A stretch of 64,000 nt of DNA from Cenococcum geophilum. Lineage: Eukaryota. Both the position numbers and the translations under genes were made by a program. The notes beneath the pieces are model-generated. The model was not told where the DNA came from and ran no database searches. It saw only the letters and a program-made list of their open reading frames with translations. Shown in pieces: positions 1 to 11,152 of the stretch. Position 1 is the stretch's first letter. Every line of letters starts with the position of its first letter. The stretch is from contig CP158635.1 of assembly GCA_050273025.1 (NCBI GenBank), positions 31,372,001-31,436,000 on the forward strand. The letters are read 5' to 3'.

Positions 1-143
1 ATCCCTCTAGCTCATTCTCATGCTGCTGGATATCCCATGCAACGTTGATGTCCCACTACAGACGTGCGAAACACCAGAATCAGAGCTGCGCAGAAGCTTC
101 GCAGATAATATAGATTAATTTAATCATTAATCAATCAACCACC

Positions 144-270
144 ATACCTTCTAATCGTGCTTTTCTTGATCCTGATATCGTCCAACCTACCAAATACGTC
201 GTTCCTCCAACTCGTGTAGCGAAGGAACTACCTCCGGAGCCTTGGCAGCTGCCCAAATTCGAGCTCTTTG
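144..270 (+). pseudogene. Possible N-terminal fragment of a fungal piggyBac-like transposase
   Basis: Reads (M>I)PSNRAFLDPDIVQPTKYVVPPTRVAKELPPEPWQLPKFELF, which resembles from memory the N-termini of fungal piggyBac-type transposases. No catalytic domain follows. Confidence 0.35.
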
Positions 271-1037
271 TCAGAGCTTCATATTCCTCATCACGGCTCT
301 AAAATCCCAACGATCTAATTGGCTGGAGCTTATCGATAAGCATAGGACACGAATCAAATCTACTCCGGCTTTGAATTCGGACTGTTTTTTGCTAACACAT
401 GCATGAACTTTCTTCTGAGTATAGTACGCTGGAAATCTGTGCTTGCTGATAGGCGTTGCTGTGCCATTGTCGCTTCCCTTATTGCCCAGCAAAATACGGA
501 ACAAAAGTTCTTGCACCTTCCTAATTAGGAAGTTTGGCTCGCCGCCCACCAAAGTATCATAAATTTTATCATCGGAAGCTTAAAAACTTGCATTTAAAGT
601 TTTAGATAAAAGGCGAGATATAAGCGATCAATTAATTAATTATTAATAAGCTAGGTGTTTTTAAGGTTATCTCATTACCAGATGTCCACCAATTACAAGC
701 CGGCTTACATAAGCTTATATGGTGGAAACGTCTAGAGTACAGTTTAAATTTTTCCGGGGTGCAGCTAACCAAGGTCACGGAAAAGTTGAACAAGGTCACC
801 GATGGGGTCGGCGAAAGTTAAATGGGGTCACCGATGGAACCACCGGCAAAAGGTCGGCGGGGTCACACTTTTACCCATACAGAACGCGCATCGGTAGCCA
901 TATTTAACTTAAGCGACCGCACAAACTAAATACCTAGGGCATATGCTACGCATACGCACACAGATACGCAAACACGTAGACACACGGATATACAAATATA
1001 CACATATACACACATATATATAGACGCGCATTTATAT

Positions 1038-4000
1038 ATGCCTCGCTATATTAATAATAACTGAAAATAATACTAAAGCAAACGAGAGTATAGTAGCGTG
1101 GCTAAACGGCTTACTAGTAAGTTTGCACCACCATATGTTACACATATGCTAAGTATACGCAGGTACTCTAGAGCGTACCTAACATTGAACACAAAGATAA
1201 TAGTTCTTAAGATAATATAATTAATAGAGAGAGAATTAAAGATAAAGAAGCTGAGGAGGGCAAGGGTTAAGATAGTATGCAATAGCAGCTTCTATTTTAT
1301 ATAGGTCTCTCTAAGATAAGACTATATACAATACTATGCATAGGCTATATATATGCTTAGAATAGCTAGAGCACACTCTAAGACTATAGAGCACTTATTA
1401 GCTCCAACGGCAAGCATTAAGTTATTATCTAAGAGGCAATAGACCATATTATAATGCTAGAATATCCAGCGACTAAAAAAAAAGGAATTGCACACTTTAT
1501 TTATAAAGCAACACCTTTACTATCTATAGATGTAGATAAAGAGACAGTACGCGATATTATTAAGGAGTATATATTAAAGGTAAGCTATGCACATGCTAGG
1601 CATATGCTGTATTTATACCTCTAGTAGATTTAATTCTTATTCTATTAAACTGGTAACGCTAAGATTATATAACTAAAACTCCTTAGAGAAACCAATAATT
1701 GGGAGAGTAGAAAAGTATTCCACCAAGCATTTAAATACAGCGGTATTAGACACTGTGAGTACGCCTATAAGGATATACTCCGTATATACTCGGTATATAA
1801 TTAGGTTAAGCTTAAATTAATTAACAACCTCCGAAAGCGTAGTAGTCGTCTATACTAGGCAGTAGAGATTAATAAAAAGCTTAAGTAAAGCACAGAGAAG
1901 TAAGCGTTGTCTATATATATTAGGCATATGCTTATAATATACAGCTACTACCACAGTATTCTATAATTATGGCGGTAGTATATCTACCCTAGTACATAAG
2001 AACGTGTATGTAGTAAAAGCAGACTAATAATATTTTTTCGGCATAGAGTATGTATATAGCCAGCGTATGCATAACATATGCTTATTATATATAGGTAGAG
2101 TTCATCGGTTGTTCCAGCAGTAGTAATACTAAAGCATGGCATACTGCCTGGCCTTTATTACCGACGACTGCCTAGGTAGATATTTAATACCTTCGTCTAC
2201 TTATTAAACATGGAGTTCAGGAAATTAAATAAGAATGTACCTATATTAGACATGCAACATTAAAGCGAAAATATTGCGGTACGTAATGTATATATTTTAC
2301 ATATACTATGCATATGCTAAGCATATACAGGATTTAACCACCCGCAAGGCCAAGGCAGGGTAGTAGGCCGCGCATACGGTGCACAGTTAGATTGTTATAT
2401 TCCTGTTAATATAGCACGATATCCTTACATTTGCCTTATTACACGGAATTCTCATATACATTATCTACTGTACCTAATAAAGCTACCAATCGACCTTGCT
2501 AATGACGTAGTTAAGGCGATAAGGTAGGTGGAAGTCCTAAGCCTTACTACACATATGCCCTATATATACATAGTATATGCGAATAAAACTACTTACTATT
2601 ATATAGGTCGATTCATCCTATTACCGCAGTATTATATTTTATGTAGGAAGTATAGGGCGCAGACACTACGTGCAGTGCATAGTAGTCTTAATATTAAGGA
2701 TCGAATTACTACTCTAATTAGAAAGGAGAGGATGGTACAATTCCCAGAGGGGACGGCATATACAGGTGAGTATAGGTTAGACACATGCTAAGCATATACA
2801 GAGACTAAGCAGAGCAGGTATACTACGCAAGTTCTCTATTAATCAACATAAAGAGAACACCGAGCAATAAATTCGGGCAATTTATAACTTTAACGACGAG
2901 CATTTCCTTATTATATACTATACGTACACACAAGCCAAGGCATTCCAACGCGTGACATATATAGAAATGGACCTATTATTTAAGATGGTTTAAGGCAAAA
3001 CGAATCTATTCTCAATTGCAGGATGGGATAAGAATTCCAAACGTATGTATACCCTATACTACACATATGCCATACATACGCTGATACCGATAATAGGAAT
3101 TAAGGTGTGGGTATACGCCTTTCTTAACCTAGAAACACGTGCTGCGTATACAAAGACATTTAAGCTAGTATTTAAGGTTTTAGGTAATGCTACTCGATTA
3201 TCTATACAATTTGCACATATTCACGGAACCGGACTTCGCATAGCTACTATTAATATATATAAGAAACAAGCTGGCGGTAAGTATACATTTAGTATACGCT
3301 TTGCATACGCCTAGCATATGCTTATAACATATAGGCTTTGGGGACTACCTATATACACTTAACCCATCCCGTAAATGGGATAAACACCTTTAGTATATGC
3401 TTGTATTCTGCCTAGTACACATTAAACGGAACTTTGCCAAGCGCTTTCTAACTTATAAAGTAAGATATATTATAGAGCAGATATAGGAAGCGGAGACAGA
3501 GCAGAAACTAATCGCGCGTATATAAAGCATATGCACACTACATCCGGAGCTTACGTCTTAGATAAACAATAAGAAGAAAACATAGATACTAGCCGGGCTT
3601 GTAAAGGAAAAGTCAAAGGTCCCTTATAAGTGGTGGGCATATGCACGGAAGCATACTGGAATTGGTAAAAGTAGTCACTTTTAAGATAATAACTTTACCG
3701 GTCGAAAGTTATGCGTGCTTACCGCAGTACTACGGTAAATGCATACGCTCTGCATATGCACCGCATATTCTAATATTTTAGTAAAGGCTTAAACTCTGTA
3801 TATAAGAAATATTTAATATATAAGAGCTATATAAAGAGGCGGGAATAGATAATATATGGAAAAATCATTATAACTTAAAGCGGATAGTGGTATAGCTACG
3901 GAAATAATATATGTATATGCGATGCAAATATAAAGTATATACTAAGCTTAGGCAGCGCAGAAACAGCGAAAAGCAGCCGAGCGGCGAGCTAGAAATCCTA

Positions 4001-4371
4001 GGCTAAATCTTCCCTAGAATCCTCAGAACCCATTTAACACCCCTAAACCTACTATATTTAGTAGACAGAATATATTACAAATAAGTATAGTAGATAATAA
4101 TATTGCATTAGTATTGGATACGTCGCGCATATCCACCGCATATACAGCGCATATACTACCACCATCTCAAAGTTAAACCCCCCAGACTATAGGCAAGAGG
4201 TATAGGTCTTACCTATCTACAGAGAAGCTAGAAAAGGAGGCATATACGCTATGTATAGAAAATATGGAGTAACAAATTAACGAATTAAAATAGGCTAAAG
4301 ACGTATATAATAAAGCAAAGGAACTAATAGAGCTTAAGAAGTGGGCGTAGGAACATAGTGTTAGCATATAG
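1038..4371 (+). pseudogene. Intron-rich DDE transposase, MULE-like
   Basis: De-RIPed exons give LEYPAT..GIAH (~1456), HSSLN.KDRI..LIRKE...FPEGT (~2678), EMDLSFKMV (~2965), FAHIHGTGLR..T.D..KKQAG (~3210), GFGDYL, FCLVHI.RNF (CxxH, ~3405) and HTGIG(E)SSH (~3652). This is a D..D..CxxH..E order. About ten ~45-60 bp GT..AG introns; many RIP stops. Confidence 0.7.
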
Positions 4372-4559
4372 GTGCATATATAAGGTATATGTATAGCAAA
4401 TGTTACGTAGAGTTCTGTTACCATAAATAAAGAATTGATTAATATAGGCCTATTAGCCGGTGCCCTATATTAGGCATATGCCTAGCCTATCCGCCGAATA
4501 AACTCCACCAAAACTCCAACTATATGTACTGCGCACTACGCATGCAGTGTGTAGGCCCA

Positions 4560-6370
4560 GCGTATACTAGGACTTAAAGATTAATACTAGCTTCCCGCAT
4601 GGTGCGGGAGAGGCGGGATAACTAGTAGGTTCCGCCCGTGGCTTATACAAAGCATAAGCATAATATACGCAATAGAAGGAACTAGACTTACCGGAGCTCT
4701 TACCACCACTATAACAACGGCCGGCTGGTTTTCTGCCCCCTGCTGCCAAACATTAGTAGTGCATATATAGGGTATATATAAGGAAAACTTGCCCCTTTGG
4801 CGGCGGGTAGACAGTAAGGGAGACTCCTCGCGGTCGCCCAGGGGAGTCGGGCCACGCTACGTATATAGTTAGCATATGCCGAATATATGTAGGTGAAATA
4901 CTGACCTTGCGCTTTAAGCCAGTTAAAGGAGTAGACGGGCCAACACGCTGTTTCTCTTGTATTAGTATACGCCTAGCATAAGCATATATTAATCTATAGT
5001 TAGTAGAAGACATTAGGGGTTTGTATATACGTAGTATATACACGTATAAGCTAGCAATATAACCAAGTGGTGGTGTTAGTAACGCATATGCAGGGCCTAT
5101 ATAAAGTCGGACTTTGCCAGTGTCCTAAACATAAAGATGAGTATTTGTTTCCAAATCGGGCAGTAGTCCCAGTAGTAGCCGTGGTTGTCCCTCACACACG
5201 CTACCCTTAGGCCTATAAGTACTATTAGGTCTGAAATTAAACTTAGGGGGAATAAGTATATAGATATATAGATAGATAGACATATTAGGGTATGGTGCGC
5301 ATATACAAAAGCAACACTAGTGCTCTTACCTCGCGATGGAATTGCCTGCTAAATTGGGCGGCAAACCCCTGGTCTTAGGCACTGTATCTAGTTAGTTTGG
5401 GCTAGGTATATGCTGGGTATAGAGTAAGTATACGCGATTAAAGTACAGGCGTCTATATACTCCGCAATCCTTAACCCTAAAGGGCCACGGCTATATTCAG
5501 TGTTAGTACTGTATATGTATTGCATATACATAACCTACCTAGGCTTATATAGGTACCTAGCATCCCGCCAGCCGCTGGACAAAACGAAACACTTTAGGGC
5601 GCTATATTGCATTAGCGTTGCATATACATAGCATATACTAGGCACATACTTCTCTCCTGCAATCAGCTCCGCGGCCGACGTATTAGTAGTAGAAGGGTTT
5701 ATCACTGCATATAATAAGCGTATGCCTCAGCTGCTATTATACGGTAATACGTACAGGCACCGCTGTGCTCGTTGCGGATATGGCAGCAGTACTGCAACTA
5801 TATTAGTGGATAAAGTAGATGCTATGCGTATGCGGAATATACGCTTAGCTAGGCGGTAAAGACCCGGCCGCACATCTGCGTGCCATTCACTACAATGTCG
5901 CAGCTATATTTTTTGTCAGCATATGCTATATAGAAGGTATAGATATACAACCTATACCATAGAGTTAACAGCAGACAACACAGACGCGGGATTAGGTGGG
6001 TTTAGTTTACGCTTAGCATATGCATACTCTTTGCGTTAAGCTCTTCTAGCACCTACTCGCGTTATCCTATACTATTACAGCTGGGGCTGTATAAGGTTAG
6101 CATATGCTATGGATATACGGCGCTTAGTTTACTTACGCCTTCCACCAGCTGCTAATACTGCGGCGCGTGCTTTGTCTATTGTGAGCATATGCCTTATATA
6201 TGCGTTCTCTATAACTAACCTGGTGTTACCCAGTTAGGGTTAGGGTTAAAGATCGGGCCTATATACTTCTATTAGTATATGCTTCTTATGGGCATATATA
6301 AAGCATATGCTTACCATGGTGGTAGCTAAAGGTGCTAGGGTTGTTAGCGCCGGCCACCTGCGGATTATCG
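4560..6370 (-). pseudogene. Convergent micro-exon accessory gene with a C2H2-like zinc finger
   Basis: The minus strand alternates ~40-70 bp GC-richer exons with GT..CTAA..AG introns. Exons at 5902-5843 and 5791-5765 join to CDIVVNGTQMCGRVFTA(Q)LS-YxxHIRNEH. Gene ends are approximate. Confidence 0.55.
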
Positions 6371-7468
6371 AAATTAATGATTGAGAGGCTTATAGTGAGC
6401 GTAAGCAGGGCGTATATAAGAATAAAGTTCAGTGGTTAAATTTAACTAGCACTATATCAGCATATGCAACGCTTATGTATAGGTTATACAGGATATACCC
6501 GTGGCGTATAGTGTCGTGGAGAAGTTATGGTGCGACCGCTGTTGTTATGGATATGTGACACGTATGCACGGGCCATGTTTTAATGACTTAGCTTACGTAT
6601 TTTATACTGCAGCTAGGGAATACATATGCCCTGCATATGCATATAAAGTGTTTTATCATATTCGTTATTTATCAAATACTTTAAATACTTCAAATTCTAT
6701 ATATTAATTTTTTTGGGTATATGCGCTACATATGCACAAACTCGGCGGGGTCGGAAGCTGAGTAGGGTTAGAAGTTGAGCAAGGTCACAAAGTCAAACTT
6801 AAAGTTCTGACCCCGTTAAACTTTGTGACCTCGCCGAGCTTTTCCGTGACCTTGCCGAGCTACGACCCCGAATTTTTCTTATAATCTCGCCCGCAAGTTA
6901 TAAGCGATCCTCATATAAAAAGTCACCCCATACTAAATTCTAATTGCTTAATTAACCACCACCACAACGCTTTTGTCAACAATTGGGCGACGTAATGTTT
7001 AGACGTTTACACGATGAATTAAACGCTGCAAAAATTATTAAAATCGGCCCTGTGGATGTTGCTGCATTTTGGTTTAAGGTTGTTATCAAAACAAGGCTGT
7101 ACATATACACGAGTCTTAACCTCAAATACGTTTAAAGCCCCCTAAAACCTCTACCAACCTAAATATAAATATAAAACTCTGTAGGAAGGCTCCATATAAA
7201 GCCCTACGACGGAGGGTACTGTTTACTGTCGTTGTCATCATCGTCATCGTCGTCGTCGTCGTTGAGAAGAGGCTCCGTACGCAGAGCCGTGAGAGCCTCC
7301 TCTGGCTGCCAAGCCTTTATTTGCAATCGCTTGAAGTACGATAATAACCCGCCCACCAAAAATCGGGCTTAAAAAATGACGTAGTCTTCTTTACTGGCCT
7401 TCTTTTAGTACTTCTACTTGCTAGAAATTTCTATAAGAGTTGCGGGTATCTATATAATTTGGCTACTA

Positions 7469-7806
7469 CAGTAAAATCTCCTTAATACGATATGGGGTAT
7501 ATAACGATAACCTCTACATTACGATCTACACCCCTTAATCAAGCCTTTTTTGGTGTAATATTACGATGATCTGACTTTTGGCAATATCGTTAAGCACCTA
7601 CCACCAATATCGGTATAACCAGTAGAGAATTTGTATGGGAGAGGGCCCTATTTAGCCCGCGAGGTAGACATCCTAAGCCTTTTTAGGTATTAAGCTCCTC
7701 TTTTTCCTACTTATTCACCCAACACGTGACTCTTGATATAACAATACCATTGGTATTACGATACGCTCGGCTGAACAAACGGTATCGTACTAAAGAGGTT
7801 TCACTG
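7469..7806. mobile_element. Tc1/mariner (pogo-type) MITE
   Basis: TIR cagtaaaatctccttaatacgata / tatcgtactaaagaggtttcactg, TA on both flanks, no ORF. Confidence 0.85.
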
Positions 7807-7924
7807 TACTTCAAACGGTACCTCCAGGCCTTCTAACAGAGGTTTTTCTTGAAACAGTTTAGCGTAGTGGTAGAACCTCGGCAGAAGGTCTGGGAACGAG
7901 GCAAGGTTGCGGGCTCTATGTGAC

Positions 7925-8250
7925 TATCCCTTAACCCGCCGAAATTCGTCCACTTGGTATCGATAAGAACCAACCAATAAGATCAATGCAATTAATCGTT
8001 GTGATTAGAAATATAAAGCCGTTGTAAAATCAGGCAGCGGCCACGGCTCTAGTAGTGAGCCTTTAGCGACCCGATTTGGTTGAACGTTATATTGAGTCGG
8101 CTAAACAAGGTCTATATCATTGGAAGTATAATTAGAAGGCATATTTAATAGTATTGTATTGATTAAATCTACTTAGGCTATACGCGTACTTCTGATTCTG
8201 GTGTTCCGCACGGACCATATACTTAGTGGACGTCGGCGGGTTAAGGGATA
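7925..8250. mobile_element. MITE with TATCCCTTAACCCG termini
   Basis: Perfect inverted ends tatcccttaacccgccga / tcggcgggttaagggata. A related copy lies at 49062-49227. Confidence 0.85.
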
Positions 8251-8254
8251 GGCG

Positions 8255-8390
8255 GCGTGTAGCTCGGCGGGGTCACCGATGGGGTCGGTACCACACTTTT
8301 ACCCATACAGAACGCGTATCGGTAGCCACAATTCGCCTTTAGCGACCGTATGTACTGAATATGCGATGCATATAACTACAAGATACCTAT
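8255..8390 (+). mobile_element. Truncated second copy of the MULE-like left end
   Basis: Shares ggggtcaccgatggggtcgg and cacacttttacccatacagaacgcg.atcggtagcca with 795-920. Confidence 0.8.
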
Positions 8391-8423
8391 AGAAAATTAA
8401 TATTAGGATAAGGCAAACGAGAA

Positions 8424-8497
8424 CAGGGTTGGGAAAAATCTAATCTTATCTCAATACGATCTACGATCCACGATCGATACGATATTCCGTATCGTAT
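8424..8497 (+). mobile_element. Possible hAT-like terminus interrupted by Gypsy A
   Basis: Starts cagggttgggaaaa followed by several (t)acgat subterminal repeats. No matching other end found. Confidence 0.35.
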
Positions 8498-8770
8498 TGT
8501 TAGCGACTCAGTCAATCGAGGCATGGGCACGGCAAAAGGGACGCGCAAGCCTGTACGATTGGATTGTCTATAAACGAGAATCTAAAGCTAGGGAAAGGAA
8601 AGGAGAAGAAGAGCAGCGCCGTTTAATATTTTATAAGATCTTCGCGTCACGTGACCGCAATATACGGCAATCTGTAGCAACTTGCCAGTGCGAGGTTCTG
8701 CCAAGTTCTATTAGTGCCGTAACATTACCCCCCCTCCAAAAAAGCCTGCCCTTAGGCTTTGTCGCTAAAA

Positions 8771-8838
8771 GTCTTAGTAAGAGAATCTAACTAATTAGAT
8801 AACTTTAACCGCCGGTTAAAGTTCCTAGATATCTTAAG
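8771..8838. other. Shared palindromic module 2 (3' UTR of Gypsy A)
   Basis: AACTTTAACCG-C-CGGTTAAAGTT at 8801-8823, with conserved flanks gtcttag.aagagaatctaactaattaga and cctagatatcttaag. Confidence 0.85.
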
Positions 8839-10978
8839 ACCTTATATAATTAAGAAATTTCTAAGGCGTTCTTATCTTTATATTCTTTTAGTAGCTTATT
8901 ATCTATATTATACTAGTATTCTATTTTCTTATCTAGGTACTTTAGCGGTCTAGGTTTATTAGGGTAATAGCTATAAAATTCCTAAAGCTTATAGGGACTA
9001 CCTATAAAGTTCTATATAGGGTACTAAGTAGGGTTTAGGTTATATCCTTTCCAACTAATATAATACTTTAACGTTCCCTTTATAAGTTTATAGGCTAGTA
9101 TTTTTTTAATTTCCTATTTATTATTACTATTAACTTAAATTAGTAGGGGAGGTTTATTCTTTTATTTAGGTAGTAGGTTATTTATAGCTTTCTATAGCTT
9201 ATCCGGTAAAAAGATAGAGTAAACTTTAATTAAATTTAGGAGCTTAATGTTAGGTAAAACCTAAGTAGATAGTTATATAGCCGTAAGGTATGGGCGACCC
9301 TGGGGCAACCTAGGGGTAACTCGCCCGTAAGGCACGTGCTCTATATATGCCTAGGGAAAACCCTTCCTACCTTATATATAGACTCCTCCTTTTTCCCTAA
9401 GGATTCGTCTCTGTTTATACAATATACCTACTGTTCTATCATTAGACTCCCTATCTATATCCTTACCTTATATTCAAATCCTTACTAATCCCCTTAGAAG
9501 GATAGCCGGTTTAATTTTTCTATAATACCTCCGAAAAGAAAACCGATGCCTATACCCGATAGTAATATACTAGCAATATAACTGTAGAACGCCTTAGAAT
9601 CTAGTGTAGATGAAACTGCTAGAAGTATACTAGTAGCATCTAAGCCATTTTCTAAATCTTAAAACGATTAGATATTTATAAACGCTAAAAACTAGTTTAA
9701 TTTATACACCTAGGCTTAATAGGAGCTTAGTAAGGTTACTAGCGTCCTACCTAATACCGCTAATATAAAGGAGCTAGATAAGCTAGCTAAGAAAATAGCT
9801 AACTTACGGAGCATTATCGATTTAATAAAGCCCTCCCGTCGCCTCTTTAGTAAAGAGTATAAGTTACGTGGCGAACGCATACGCCGAATAAATCTCAACG
9901 CCCTAGTTAAGAAGTCACTACCTAATATTAGCGGTACTACTTAACAGCATTTTAACTGGTGGATCGCCGCAGTTAAGAACCAATTTAAGGTTAATAACGC
10001 TAACTATAACTATAAGCGACGCACGCGCTAGGCCATTAAAGGTCTTATAAAAGAGAAGACAATTGCCTAACTAGTTTATCGCCGGTTAGGTACTAAGGAT
10101 AAGAGTTCTTTACTATAGGACGAATTTAAAACTATAGTCTAAAACTAGATTAGAAACCCCATAGTAAGATACTTTAATAACGCTATAATATACTATATAG
10201 CTGTTATAAAGGAGAACTAGAGGTTTAACGTCTTCCTAGCCCATATACGTAGCTTAGAGGACCTCTTCTTATATACCCCTTTTGTTAATCCTAAATAATA
10301 GGTAGACTTTTAGTTCTTATATCTCCTAGCCCACCTATAAGTAGAGCTCTTTCGCCAGAACTTTACCTAATGGGTAAGAACTGCTAAAGACCTCTTTAAT
10401 AAGATCCGCCGTATAGAGTAATTACTCGATACTATAAAGCTTACGGAAGATTGCGTAAGTAGTAGTAGCAAATCATTGCGTATAAAGCGCGGTTACAGTA
10501 TAGGTTTTGTAAAATTAGGCTTAGGGAATAGAACCTAAAAAGGGCGACGCTTTTCTAAGTAAACTCCTAGGGAGACTACCTAAAAGCTAGATAGCTTAGG
10601 GGACCCCCTAAACACTAGTGCTATATAGGCGAGTTAAAGGACCGTAGGCGGCTACTATAAGGAATACTAGAAGTAGGCTAATAAGGAGAAGTCAGCTTGG
10701 GCTTTAGAAAACCTAAAGCCCTAGTAGCGTATTTCTCTTAACTATAACTAGGGCCTAATATAGAGGGAGAGAAGAAACGCATTATGGTATATATTGTAAT
10801 AGATACACCTTAGGGCAAAGTCCGCCTACGTGCTCTATACGACAATAGGTACTAAATTAACCTTATTAATTAAGATATCGTCCATAGGTTTAACCTGCCT
10901 ATATGCTATACACTATATTTATATAAACCTATTGTATGTTTCCTTAATAGCAACTAAATAATAATCTAGGATGCTTAT

Positions 10979-11152
10979 TGTCGGAATGTATATCACGTCG
11001 TCGCGTGTCTCTGATTAGTCACCCTTATGGTGACTCATCAGCCCCCTACTTAAGCACTGCGATCCTTACGATCCTCTGCTTTCGATAACCTATTTGCAAA
11101 CCATCAGAACAAGAGTATACTCTTAATAGGTCACCCCCCTGTGAAACCGACA
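10979..11152 (+). mobile_element. Solo LTR (Copia-related family)
   Basis: TGTCGG...CCGACA with TSD CTTAT. A homologue lies in reverse at 20082-20296. Confidence 0.9.

Larger units (their letters stand above)
745..6892. mobile_element. Two-gene MULE-like DNA transposon, RIP-inactivated
   Basis: Imperfect TIRs: 745-800 (aaatttttccggggtgcagctaaccaaggtcacggaaaagttgaacaaggtcac) matches the reverse complement of 6825-6880. Subterminal RRGGTCAC repeats occur at both ends and two convergent intron-rich genes lie inside. Exact termini and TSD not resolved. Confidence 0.7.

Noticed and set aside
271..552. 93-aa minus-strand ORF
   Set aside because: Non-ATG start and no recognisable domain; cannot be supported as a gene.
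3691..3710. aactttaccggtcgaaagtt resembling module 2
   Set aside because: Lies in transposase coding sequence, is imperfect, and lacks the conserved flanks.
6234..6248. Telomere-like TTAGGG repeats
   Set aside because: Only about 2.5 units, inside a putative exon of the accessory gene.
7200..7330. Poly-Asp-encoding GAC/GAT tract on the minus strand
   Set aside because: Short remnant or trinucleotide repeat with no assignable ORF.
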